Shown: positions 9,701 through 18,900 of the stretch, in pieces | Layout of the letters: every line of letters begins with the position of its first letter | Position numbering within the stretch: the first letter of the stretch is position 1 | Assembly: GCA_037380925.1 (NCBI GenBank) | Contig: JARRRH010000001.1 | Coordinates: forward strand, 1 to 51,735 | DNA from: Deltaproteobacteria bacterium | GTDB lineage: Bacteria > Desulfobacterota > DSM-4660 > Desulfatiglandales > HGW-15 | DNA: 51,735 bases | Direction: 5' to 3' | Notes under the pieces: generated by a model | Database searches by the model: none | Seen by the model: only the letters and a program-made list of their open reading frames with translations | What the model was told of the DNA's origin: nothing | Program-made: the position numbers and the translations under genes

Positions 9701-12700
9701 TGTCGCAGGGGTTCTGGGCGGAGCCGGGACCGCCGCCATCGGCGTGTCGAACACCACTGTGGTCACGGACAACACGGTTGAAAGCTATATCGGCGATGCC
9801 CAGGTGACTGCGAGGGGCAAACAGGACACTGTCGATGTCGCGGCCGCTGAAAAGGACGACAACGGGAACAGGACGACGGAGGGCCTCACGGGACTCGCGG
9901 TTACGGCCACTTCATGGGAGGACATCCAGAGCTTCGCCGTGGCCGGTGAAGGGGCCGGTAAGGCTGCGATTGCAGGTTCGGCCACGGTGAATGTGCTCAC
10001 CGAAACAACGACGGCTTACATCGGCCAGGATGCCACCATCAACGGTGACAACGCGGACGCGGGCGTGACCCAGGATGTCAGTGTGGTGGCCTATGACGAC
10101 ACGGAAATCTTGAGCGTGGCGGGGGCGCTCTCCGGTGCCGGCACGGCCGCTATCGGGGCCGGTGCCGACGTGGGCGTCATCGAAAAAGAGACGCAGGCCT
10201 ACGTCTGGGCGAACACGGTCAATGCAAGGCGGAACGTCAAGGTCCAGGCCAACTCCACCGAGGACATCCTCTCTATCTCCGCCTCCCTGGGAGGAGCCGG
10301 GACAGCGGGTATTGCCGGGTCGGCGGGCGTGTATGTCATGGACAACAAAACTCGGGCCTTTATCGGAGATGATCCAACGGATACAGTCGATCTCACCGGT
10401 GCCACGACCACGGTTATGGCGGGCGGCAGCGTGCTGGTCTTTGCGATGGACGACTCCGAGCTCGACATCATTGCCGGGAACATCGCGGGCGCCGGCACGG
10501 CAGGCGTCGGGGTTAGTGCAGCGGTGACGGTGATCGACAAAACGACCGAGGCCTTCCTCGGTCCCAATGCTGATGTGACGGGCATGGGCGGGGGGAGCGG
10601 CGTCACCGCCTATACGGGTAAGTTTACCACCGGCTTTGTGCCCGATTCCGGATCAGACGACTTTGCCGCACTCCCGGCAGCGGAAATCAGCCAGGTGGAT
10701 GATGGCAACGACACGATTACCTTCACGGCTCCCCACGACTTCGCCACCGGTGAGGCGGTCATATACAGCAAGGGCAGCAGCGACATCAACATCGAGGGCG
10801 GTGAGAAGCTGGAAGACGGAGAGACTTACTATGTCATCGCCGGTGATACAGACGCGACACTGGGTCCCAGCGAGATCAAGCTCGCAGCCAACGAGCAGGA
10901 CGCCTACGACGGCAGTGCCATCAACTTGGCTGACTCTACCATATCCGGCACCCACAGCCTGACCGACGGCATTCCCAGTGCCCCGAATGGTGAGGTAACT
11001 GCGCCGGGACAACAGCTCGATACAACGGCCAACACCAACTTTGATAACAAAGGTGGTAATGATCTCAACCCTGACACGGACACCCAGACCAAGCAACGCA
11101 TGTCTGTTGCTGATCCTAAGACCGTCAAAGGTGTCGCTGTCACAGCAATCAACAAGGACGACATCGAGACCATTGGCGTCAGCGGCGGCGGCGCAGGGAC
11201 TGTGGCGGTCAACATTGGAGGTTCCGTCAATATCCTTTCGAGCAACACTTCGGCCTTTGTGGCGAGCGGTGCCAAGGTGAACAAGGGCACGGATACCGAC
11301 GCTGACCCCACCAGCGATCAGTCGGTGTTGGTGGCGGCAGGGAACGACCTGTACCACATGGGGATTGGAGGGGCCATTTCCATAGCCGGAACGGCTGCAG
11401 TGACGCCGGGCGCCGAAGTGACGGTGATCACGAACAATACGAAGGCATACGTGGATGACGGGGCGCTGGTCAAAGCCGAGAAAGATATCGAGGTGACAGC
11501 GAACGCGAGCGAGGACATCCTTTCCGTTGCTGCTGGTGTGGGCGGCTCGGGCACGGTGGGGATCGGGGTCGCGGCGTCCGTCCTCGTGATGGATAACACC
11601 ACCTACGCGTATATCGGAAAAGACGCCACCAGCCTGGGTGATCCCATAGATACTGATCCGAGTGGCGCCATGGGTGCTGTTGCAAAGGCGGGCGGGAATA
11701 TCCTGGTCTCGGCCAAGGATACCACCGAGACCTTCATGATCGCCGGCAGCCTTGGTCTGGGTTTTGGTGCAGCAGGGATTGGCGGTGCTGCCGGAGTTAC
11801 AGTGCTCGACAAAGACACCCAGGCCTTTGTGGGCCGTTACGCGACAGTCGATGCCAAAGGCAATGGCGGCTACCTGGCAGATCTCATCCTGGACGGCACA
11901 AACACCTCCTCCGGGTTCGGGACCGAAGCTGAGTTCCGGGGGCTCGCTGTGCAGGCACACTCCAAAGAAGACCTGTTCGTTATCGGCGCGAGCGCCGGAG
12001 GCGGGCTCTATGCCGGGTTGGCGGGCGGCGTCACGGTCGAGATCATCGATTCGGATACCCAAGCCTATATCGGCGAGTATGCAGACATCAACAAGGAGAC
12101 CACAAACGAAAATGAGGAAGATCAGTCCGTCAATGTATCGGCAGCCAATGACTTCTCCGTGTTTGCTCTGGGCGGCGGGCTCGGTATCGGTGCAGCCGGC
12201 ATTGCCGGAGGTATCGACGTGGGCATACTCCGAAACAGCACCACCGCCTACATCGGGGAGAACGCTGAGGTCTACGCCCACCACGATGTGGATGTGAATG
12301 CCCTTTCTAGGGAAGAGATTGATAGCTTTGGAATCAGTGTGGGTGCGGGCCTTGCGGGCATCTCCGGTTCGGTTTCGGTGTGGTCCATCGGAAGCGGATT
12401 CAGTTCCACCTATGGGTATACGGAAAAGGACAGCGACGGAAACGATGGCGCCACGCAGTCGGAAACCCCCCTGAATGAGAGTGATCTGACCTCTGTGCTG
12501 TCGTCCGAAAGCGACAAGCAAAGCGGCAAAGAAGGCGATCCGGGTGGGGGATTTTATTCGAACTTGGTCTCTTACAATGCCACAGACCAGAACGGTCCGG
12601 AGGATGACACGCCGGATAACACACAGCTTCTCGGAACCTCTACGAGTAGAGCGGGAAACCGGGTAGATTCAGGCACCTCCGAATCCCTGATAGGGGACTC

Positions 12701-12998
12701 GATGGCAGGGCCAAATCTTGCCGGCACCAGCGCTTATGTCGGAACCGGCGCCACGGTTATTGCCGAGGATGATATCAACATCCGGGCAATCGATCATCTT
12801 GAGTTTGATGTGATCGTAGGGAGTGCCGCTCTGGGAGGCTTGGGACTGGGCGGTTCCGTCGCGGTGCTGAGGCCCGGATACAGACGACGATATCCTTGTC
12901 CATGCCGGTTCTGTGGAGGATCTCTACGGCCTGGCCATCGCCGGACAGATCAGTGCAGGTCTCTCGCTGGGGGCTCAGGTGATCGTCATCAACGATAA
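3714..12998 (+). CDS. Giant LEPR-x-LL / beta-helix repeat protein, N-terminal part (repeat-like sequence ends at the frame break near 12875)
   Basis: ATG at 3714 lies 7 nt after GGAG (3703-3706); the tracked ORF opens at TTG 3693. N-terminus MGLARQIKRLTKRKNAAAAKKRRRKAFIEPLEPRLLLDAETL. The body is made of Gly/Ala/Asn-rich units such as AGGAGAGKVAIGGSVTINDIGNTTKAYIGGNATVVADGSVVVAA. The last ~40 codons of the ORF (RPGYRRRYPCPCRFCGG...) look like out-of-frame read-through. Confidence 0.85.
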   Translation: MGLARQIKRLTKRKNAAAAKKRRRKAFIEPLEPRLLLDAETLSYAAGAGSAVDLTLRLDDVTEELQLIDNVNQSLLQSQALADTIGVEIIGSDQDDTLRLDLDFDALFDSILMSFDGGLGWDTLIGPSVDSTWHITGEDSGTIGSVDFNDVENLSGAAENEDTFIFEAGGSLSGAIEGGAGGFDSLILQGGPYDTVIFKPTGADSGSIHQDSEIIAYSGLEPILSPIPADNIVFDLTEEDDQAIIEAASGSMMQIMSASSIPTFETTSFSIPSISLTINGDDGDDSVTVANDLIMPGADLTINAETITVDPGVTMSTRQIDASGDPLIDSSTGDSGDITFTGETITVGSGSNLLAHDDRGIPLAIADQSSPTIKWTPDQSYPGVEQAGTSGGGSGMRVDIDVDGDREPTLALADPGSGYVINEMVTFNDPDGNGSPITVRVSELNGGDIILEAKATVSARPLTPVDPLFVTDNAETKIDLLGATLKGRTVEVTATADTSKTTSEDDDPFTTSLADAGLLNFSEFLGWSFSRATAEVKIGSNTTIVADSDAIIKAEADSESIIKTLGLALGVTYAESEGISKAYVESGASITAGDNVTIESTTTNTVEATSWAVKGKIQFALTDATSNADAYIENGATINADSLNVTADITNAIETTVEPMELTGESSGFAVAISLLTSTANAYVDSGISIPGDIKITATTTTENRTTASAEPKSTVSGFVDSIKKIYTYLNQKNKQPDEKTQASDDKPEKFELSAAVAIAEGSNTTKAYIGSNAEIRSGGSVFVTSKIEDDFRLLATSEAEEAKVGISAAVAVGTTTNKAKAYIDDGAEVSAANLMEIKASTTIPNPADFSSVLPADFWEGLQLAFSAEDIVQEVTTSYVRSAAVGDDDTVKFALAGSVNILTFDNTAEAYIGVGAKINQDTTTYVPSEEQTVRVDASNTIATVNLVGVFSFTLDPVSLIEDPTGIYDFMGSAGKASLGGSYNQLNYRTTTKAVIKDGADVDAEKEVIVEATSDQFDFLMSVAGGEAEKFGISGAVSYANQDSLTLAQIQSGAVITGGALSVTARDDTRHINVTGGVLLSENLGVGASVGINEIDRETYAVIGSLPTAIGGPWEFTFNQNGDQEQITALEEQNFNGTVESATITDGQLGAGEIQSISHDATQGELTFTFEDETTATPLAVDASAEEVEAALNGLTTIGDAGGVNVTGGAGEPWEIRFNQVGNRDQITAAGAGDFDGTGPPEAATVREGADDLYEQQLLSSTDGTEGTLAFNYEGDSSAPVAHDASAAEVERVLNDLDSIQNAGGVTVSGDDGGPWTIDFNDPGDWGQITAEGVEAFNGSLDPSTTREGDATTQEVQRINHTGTEGAFRLSFGGQTTRPIAYDASAAEVESALNEIVPGGIKVTAAPGGDPGSDTVKVSGDVLLDATSDGNFYVFSLAASVRTKGDEGGESEEPANGETPDGADVEDPLDGETLPALFGDAEGAPTEDDEGNPGEPSVGQGKTGIGIAGDVSINTITDSAMAYINDRGKLTANSITLSSLNETDLIAAAGAAAMSTGGSDKTSLGIAGSFSKNVLSGKTKSYIVGATITETHALTLTAERTGDIFALTAGGSLVPDEKGIAIAGSVSLNKIENETETFLDRVQAVAVKSTDPSSQNIGNILLSSLDTSEMLVIAGSLSYGGKAGIGASVALNKNYNTTKATIRDSIIEHDGGLILEAINDNEIQSGAAGIAASKDTLGASGAVSLNFIDNEVEASVSGSSNRNSTDNGSISLLAKDDSLIESLAGAVGASKKIGFGGALAYNSIENTITAYIDDSELETSGSLSVQALSLGKIKTISAGAAGAEKFTLAGAVSLNFIESTIDAHISSSLDIDATDSISVLATDSAAISALSGSVAGAGKVAIGASVGYNDIANTTTASIVSSDVNSSGGNIVVGASESADVTAIAAGGAGAGKVAIGGSVTINDIGNTTKAYIGGNATVVADGSVVVAAHDDLGMILVAGVLGGAGTAAIGVSNTTVVTDNTVESYIGDAQVTARGKQDTVDVAAAEKDDNGNRTTEGLTGLAVTATSWEDIQSFAVAGEGAGKAAIAGSATVNVLTETTTAYIGQDATINGDNADAGVTQDVSVVAYDDTEILSVAGALSGAGTAAIGAGADVGVIEKETQAYVWANTVNARRNVKVQANSTEDILSISASLGGAGTAGIAGSAGVYVMDNKTRAFIGDDPTDTVDLTGATTTVMAGGSVLVFAMDDSELDIIAGNIAGAGTAGVGVSAAVTVIDKTTEAFLGPNADVTGMGGGSGVTAYTGKFTTGFVPDSGSDDFAALPAAEISQVDDGNDTITFTAPHDFATGEAVIYSKGSSDINIEGGEKLEDGETYYVIAGDTDATLGPSEIKLAANEQDAYDGSAINLADSTISGTHSLTDGIPSAPNGEVTAPGQQLDTTANTNFDNKGGNDLNPDTDTQTKQRMSVADPKTVKGVAVTAINKDDIETIGVSGGGAGTVAVNIGGSVNILSSNTSAFVASGAKVNKGTDTDADPTSDQSVLVAAGNDLYHMGIGGAISIAGTAAVTPGAEVTVITNNTKAYVDDGALVKAEKDIEVTANASEDILSVAAGVGGSGTVGIGVAASVLVMDNTTYAYIGKDATSLGDPIDTDPSGAMGAVAKAGGNILVSAKDTTETFMIAGSLGLGFGAAGIGGAAGVTVLDKDTQAFVGRYATVDAKGNGGYLADLILDGTNTSSGFGTEAEFRGLAVQAHSKEDLFVIGASAGGGLYAGLAGGVTVEIIDSDTQAYIGEYADINKETTNENEEDQSVNVSAANDFSVFALGGGLGIGAAGIAGGIDVGILRNSTTAYIGENAEVYAHHDVDVNALSREEIDSFGISVGAGLAGISGSVSVWSIGSGFSSTYGYTEKDSDGNDGATQSETPLNESDLTSVLSSESDKQSGKEGDPGGGFYSNLVSYNATDQNGPEDDTPDNTQLLGTSTSRAGNRVDSGTSESLIGDSMAGPNLAGTSAYVGTGATVIAEDDINIRAIDHLEFDVIVGSAALGGLGLGGSVAVLRPGYRRRYPCPCRFCGGSLRPGHRRTDQCRSLAGGSGDRHQR
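7047..7937 (+). repeat. Three tandem ~95-102-aa coding repeats inside the giant gene
   Basis: Units start at 7047, 7347 and 7653 (PWEFTFNQ / PWEIRFNQ / PWTIDFND). Each ends with a shared block ...G(E/T/A)(L/F).(F/L).(F/Y)......P(L/V/I)A.DASA(E/A)EVE.(A/V)LN.(L/I)......GG(V/I).V(T/S). Confidence 0.8.
12868..12879 (+). other. Frame break inside the giant gene (+1 shift needed at GG-CCC-GG)
   Basis: Frame 0 reads ...GGSVAVLRP(GYRRR...). The +1 frame has TGA at 12868-12870, then GPDTDDDILVHAGSVEDLYGLAIAGQISAGLSLGAQVIVINDNSTQTAFIG, which continues the same repeat type. Skipping one base at CCC-G (12873-12876) gives a continuous ~7,154-codon ORF. Confidence 0.7.
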
Positions 12999-15900
12999 CA
13001 GCACCCAGACCGCCTTCATCGGTCTCCCTGTTGTAGACGAGGCTAACAGCGCCACCATCGACCGGGCCGGAGGAACCGTAACCGTGGAGGCGAAGGCGGA
13101 CCGCACCATCGAGGCTGAACCCTACGGCGGCGGCATCAGCCTTGGGGGTTCCATCGGGGCATCGGTGGCGATTGTCAATGTGGGTGGTCACACGAAAGCT
13201 TACATTGATGATGCGCACATAGGCCAGGGAAGCGAATGGGTGGGAGCCGTATCCGTTATTGCCGAGTCTGTTGCAGACGTGGAAGCGTACTGCCTTGCTG
13301 TGTCTGGCGGGATCTTCTTCGGGATCAGCGGGTCCATTGCCATAGCCGACTATAGTCCCACCATCGAGGCCTCGATCATAGACGATGCGGACATCACGGT
13401 CGCCAACGACGTGACCATTGAATCCCATTCGCGGGCGGACGTGGAAACAGATGCCCTGGGCGTGAATGTGGGTGGACTGGCTGCCTTGGGGGCCTCCGTG
13501 GCCATTTCGACCAATGAACCTACGATAAATACCTTTATTGCCAATGCTGCTGTAATCGCTACCACCGGCAGCATCGCCCTTAGGTCCATACACAACTACG
13601 ATAAGACAGGGACCAGCAGGCTTGACCAGGGAGCGGATGCGAACGCCACCACAGGATCCGGCTCGCTGTTGCTCGGGGCAGCCGGGGCCTATGCCGAGGC
13701 TGAGACCTCGGCCATCGTCGATACTCACATCGGTATCGGTGCCACCCTTTTCGCCGGTGGCGATGTGAGCCTGGTGTCTCTGGTCAATAACGATGCGGAG
13801 GGCAAGACGACAGGGATCGGCGGTGGACTTGTAGGGATCGGTGTCAGCCTCGCCTATGCCACGGCCAGCGGCAGCACCTTGACCTATGTGGACGATGCGG
13901 ATGTGACAGCAGGCCACGATTTGGAAGTGACGACCTCTACGTATCAAGACGCCTGGGCCAAGTCATTGGCGGTGGCAGGGGGTATCCTGAGCGGAGCGGG
14001 GAACGTCAGTGAGGCGACGATCAAACCGTTTGTCAGCGCCCAGATCAGAAGCGGGGCCACGGTCAACGCCGCCAATGAGGTAATCGTCACTGCGAGTACA
14101 GAAGTGACCGGCGAGACAGACACAGAAGGCGTCAGCGCCGGCCTCCTGGCCGTGGGTGTGTCTGAAGCGGAGTCGACCGTCTCGTCTCTTGTGACAGCTT
14201 ATGTGGGCGGGGCGAACACTATCATCAAGGCAGGTAGCTTGTCCGTGACCGCCGCCCAGTCATACCCGACCGGCGACTATTCCGCGAAGTCCAGCGCGAC
14301 CGGGTCGTCCGGTGCGCTCGTGGCGGTCAATGCCACTGAAAGTACAGCCAAGACCACAGGCGTCGTGACCAGCTTTGTAGCAGACAATACAGTCCTTTCC
14401 ATTTCCGATTCGATCGAAATCAGTGCGGTCGGTGACAGCAATCAACGGGCGGAGGCCGACAGTAACAACTACGGCCTGGTCGCCGCCGGTGGCAATGAGG
14501 CCGACGCCGTCTCGAATGTCCAGACCAATGCACATCTCGGCAATGGGGTGACGATCGGAGCCGGGGATTCGATCGGAGGGCTGACGGACGGCGGACTCTA
14601 TTATGTCGTCGTGGATAAAGACAATCCCAACAAGGTGAAACTGGCCACCTCCTTCCAGAATGCCCTAAACAAGGATGCGGAAAATTATCCCGATCCCATA
14701 ACGGTCGACCTTGGCCACCCGGCCATCGTCAGGCCCGGTCACTCTCTCAGGCCTTACTCGCGCTCTTCGGCTGAAGGGATCGAGTTTGATCCTCTGACAG
14801 CGCTCGATGCCGATAACGACACGATCGACCTTGGTCCGGGGCACGATCTCTACACCGGCCAGACCGTGATCTACACAAAGGGAGCCGGACCGGCCGTGAC
14901 CATTTCAGCCAGTGGGGACGACTATAACTTTGCCCGGTCGGAAGCTGGAAGCGGCGGGCTGGTCGCCGGGAGTGCTGCCGAGGCGAATGTCACCGCCCTG
15001 AGTACGACGCGCGCTTATACCGCCGACGATACGGATCCCAACGATAGCATCCAGACCCGGCTGGAGGTTTCGAGCCTGACCATCAGGGCAGATCACACCG
15101 CTCATTTCGACAGCCGGACCAACACGCTCCAGGCCTCTGCGGTTGGATTTAGCGGTTCCTGGGCTACCAACATAGTCGGTTCCACGGTTGAGGCCGAGAT
15201 CGGCCGGAACGCTGACATTACCACCAAAGACCTTTTCGTTGATGCGATCAATACGTCGCGCAAGAACCTGGTGGGGCCCGATGAGTACAACGTCGAGGCC
15301 GGATCAGGCGGTGTGCTGCAGGGCAATGCCTCTGAGAGCGAGACGGACATTGCCAACATCACCCACGCCACCGTCGGCGCCGATGCGACGATCACGGTCA
15401 TCGGCAATCCTTTTCTCCCGGGTGAGTTCCGCGTGAGCGCCTTCAATGATGTGGAGGGTTACGACGACGTGAGGCTCGACTCCGGCGGACTTATCGTCGG
15501 ATCCGGTGCGACCTCTGCCATTCGAGCCGACACCAACGACGCCATCGTCACAATCGAGGACGGCGTCACCATAACTTCGGTCGGAGATGTGGACCTTGAG
15601 ACTCGGACCCGCGGTATCCTCAGGGTGGAACCCCAGGTTCACACCTACGGCCTGGCTTCGGCAGCGGTGGTGGACGGGCTCGCCCGCATGTGGAGCAAAA
15701 ACGAGGTCAACGTCGGCAACAGCGTCCTGATCGATGCCCTCGGGACGATCAATCTCCTTGCCGGCCGGAATAGCGATGGGACTTTGAGCTATTATGATAT
15801 CTTCTCCCACGGCGACGAGCTGAATGCCTCTGTCATTCCCATCAGTGACCTCGGCTCCCACGGAGAAATCAAGCGGGACCACATCATCACCGTCGGCACC

Positions 15901-18900
15901 ATGCCTGACAGCGGTACGGAACTGCGCAGCGCCCGGGATGTCAATCTATTGGCCGAGCTTTACCATAATGCGGAGATCACCGCATACGGCTCAGGCAAGA
16001 ACTGGATGACGGCCCTGGCCGGAGGCATTGACAGCATGTTCGGCTCGGACGGTATCTCGGAAGAGATGATCGGCGGGACAGCAACCAATGAGAAAAACGC
16101 CTCCGTAACAGTGAACGGCACCATCGAGGTCGGAACCCTGAAGAACCAGGAACTCGTTGTCGATAGTGCGGTGGACGAGCAAAATCAAAATCTGTTTATC
16201 TACGCAAGCACGCAGACCGGAGGGATCACCTTCACCCAGAGCACGGAGTCCCTTGCCAGCCAATTGAAGGACGAATATGAGTACTGGCAGGACCTGCTCT
16301 ACGAGTACTCCGACGGCGATCCGGATCATTGGACCCCCGAAGAGACGGCCTATTCGCTGGAGATTCAGCGGGTGGAACAGGAGATGAAGGACCTGGGCCT
16401 CTGGAATGATCACGGGACCGCCGACACAAGAGACGACGAGCCCATCACTTCTTACGCGGTGCCCTATGTCACCGTGAACAACATCTGGGCCCAGGCCGGC
16501 ACCATCAACGTGATGGGCCAGGACCTGCTGGGCAGCGGCAGTCTCAATGCTCCGGGGAACGTCACGGTGTCAATCACCAACAACAGCCCGGCATACCTCC
16601 GGGTCAACAAGATCACCATCCCGGACCATGTGGGCGGCCGGGTCAACTTCAATGGCGTTGATGTGGAAAGCAACGAGGACATCGCCGAGCTCAATGAGCA
16701 CAAGGCAACCTTTGATTCCTCCGTTGTAGATGAATCGAATGATTGGATCAACATAGAGACCGGCGGTTTCGCCACCGGCGATGCGGTGATCTACCGTAAC
16801 GCGGGGGATGGTGATGCTATCGGCGGACTGGTGGATGGAACCACCTATTACGTGATCGTTCTCGGTCCTGACAGGATGCAGCTGGCCGAAACAAAGACAG
16901 ACGCTGAGGCCGGGACCCCGGTGAACATCACGCTCTCGGGAGAGCCAAGTTCGCACCGCCTTACGGCGATCCCTGTTTTCAGCACCTTCGAGACGGCGAC
17001 CGGTACGTCAGAAGCCCCTGAGATCACCATCACGAATACCTTTGATGCAGACGCCCCTCACCCCTACGGGGAGGATGTGAGGACGTCTGAAGTCGAGATC
17101 GTCGGCGACATCAACAACATCCTGGGTCTGGTGGAGATTACCAGCGTGGGCAGCATTATGGTTCAGGCGAGCATCAACGCCGGTGACCTTCACATCGATT
17201 CCGAGAAGGGCAATTTTGTGATGAGTTACACGGACTCCATGTTCCACGTGGGTGGAAACCCCGGCGGGCTCGAGGGATATGGTTGGGATAACGTTGCAAG
17301 GTCTTACGAAAATTACACAGAGGGGAATACCACGATCACAACCTATCATTACTCCGGCAATGCCGCTTCGAATACGTCTATAAATAATGCCCTCTACAAC
17401 AGCCCCCCAGGGGAAAATATCATCACCGGAATGAATGTATTTATCAGTGCAAAGTACCTGAACATCAACGGCACCATACAGAGCGGCATGCCCGAGCGGC
17501 AGGTGACCATCGCCCGGAGTGAGGAGAATGCAATAAACGGGGCAGAGGAAGCGGCCAACTGGTGGCGGTTTGGGTATAAGGGGTACGCCGAGCTTTGGGT
17601 CAACATGTATGGACTTTCCACCCAGGATTACCGGTACTTCAAGTTGCCCGCCGATGCCGATGACAACATCGACGTCTACTACGACGCCGAGCTCGACCGT
17701 CTCGAGCTGGAGCCGGTGCAGGTGGAGGGCGGCAACATGCAGCTCTACGGTCAGATCCTGAGCACCGGTTACGGTAAGCTCAGGGTTCTGGACGGCTATG
17801 GCCAGATCAAAATCGAAAACCGGACCAAATACGACCTGGTCACCAAAACGCTCGATACAGGGCACGGGGTGCAGGGGCGGCTGAAGATTATCGACACCGC
17901 ATTTACTGATTTGGCGACCGGCATGCCGCGGGTCAGGGAGTACTGGCGCGAGAACGGCCAGGTTCAAATGAAAGAATATTTTCTCACCCCACCGGATGAG
18001 GATCCTGTTATCCTCTTTGAAGGGCAGGACGGTGGAGACCGGACGACAACCTACAGTCCGCTCGACGGCTGGCGTTATTACTGGAATACGGGCCGGAATT
18101 TCACAGAACAGACCATCACCACCTACGGGTCGTCGTCATGGTTGGATATCGATGCCCTGGCGGCTGATCCGAAAAATATCGTGGACGGTCCCCATCGGAC
18201 GAGCATGGAGCCCAGGGCTCTGCGGGAGGGAGAATATTTTGCCTACGAACCAAGCGTGACCGATGACTATACCTACGATTTCACCCGATATCTGGGCATG
18301 CTCGTGGAGAGCATCAACGTCAACAGCGATACCATTACCTTCACCACGGCTCACAACATCAAGGAAAACGCCCAGGCCGTTGTCTACAGAAAAGACACCG
18401 GAGGGGACATTGGCGGCCTCAAGAGTAACACGACCTACTTTGTGATCCTGGTCCCAAATAGCCCGAACACCATCAAACTGGCGAAAACCAAGAGCGAGGC
18501 GCTTGGTGGGACAGCCATTAACCTGACCGGCAGCCTCACGGGCACCCACCGGTTTGGAATAACCAGAAGGGAGCTGATCCGTCAATGGGAAACTTCCACC
18601 TGGTACGGGACCACAACCTATTACAAAAAGGTCGGCGAGTACACACCTCAGAAGGACGTCCACAGCCACAGTATTCGTGCCGACCGCGACATCGATATTG
18701 AGTTTATCGGCTGGGATGCGGGTGATCCAAACGTACAGGCCTCGGTCGCAACGAATAACAGCAACCTTCTGGTCGATGGGGCGGTCAGGAACGCGGTGGG
18801 CTCAACAACGCTCACTGCAGGCAAGGAGATCAAGCTGATCAATGACGAGGCTGTCATCGGAGGCCGGGATATCACGCTGAACGGCGGTACGGGGATCGGC

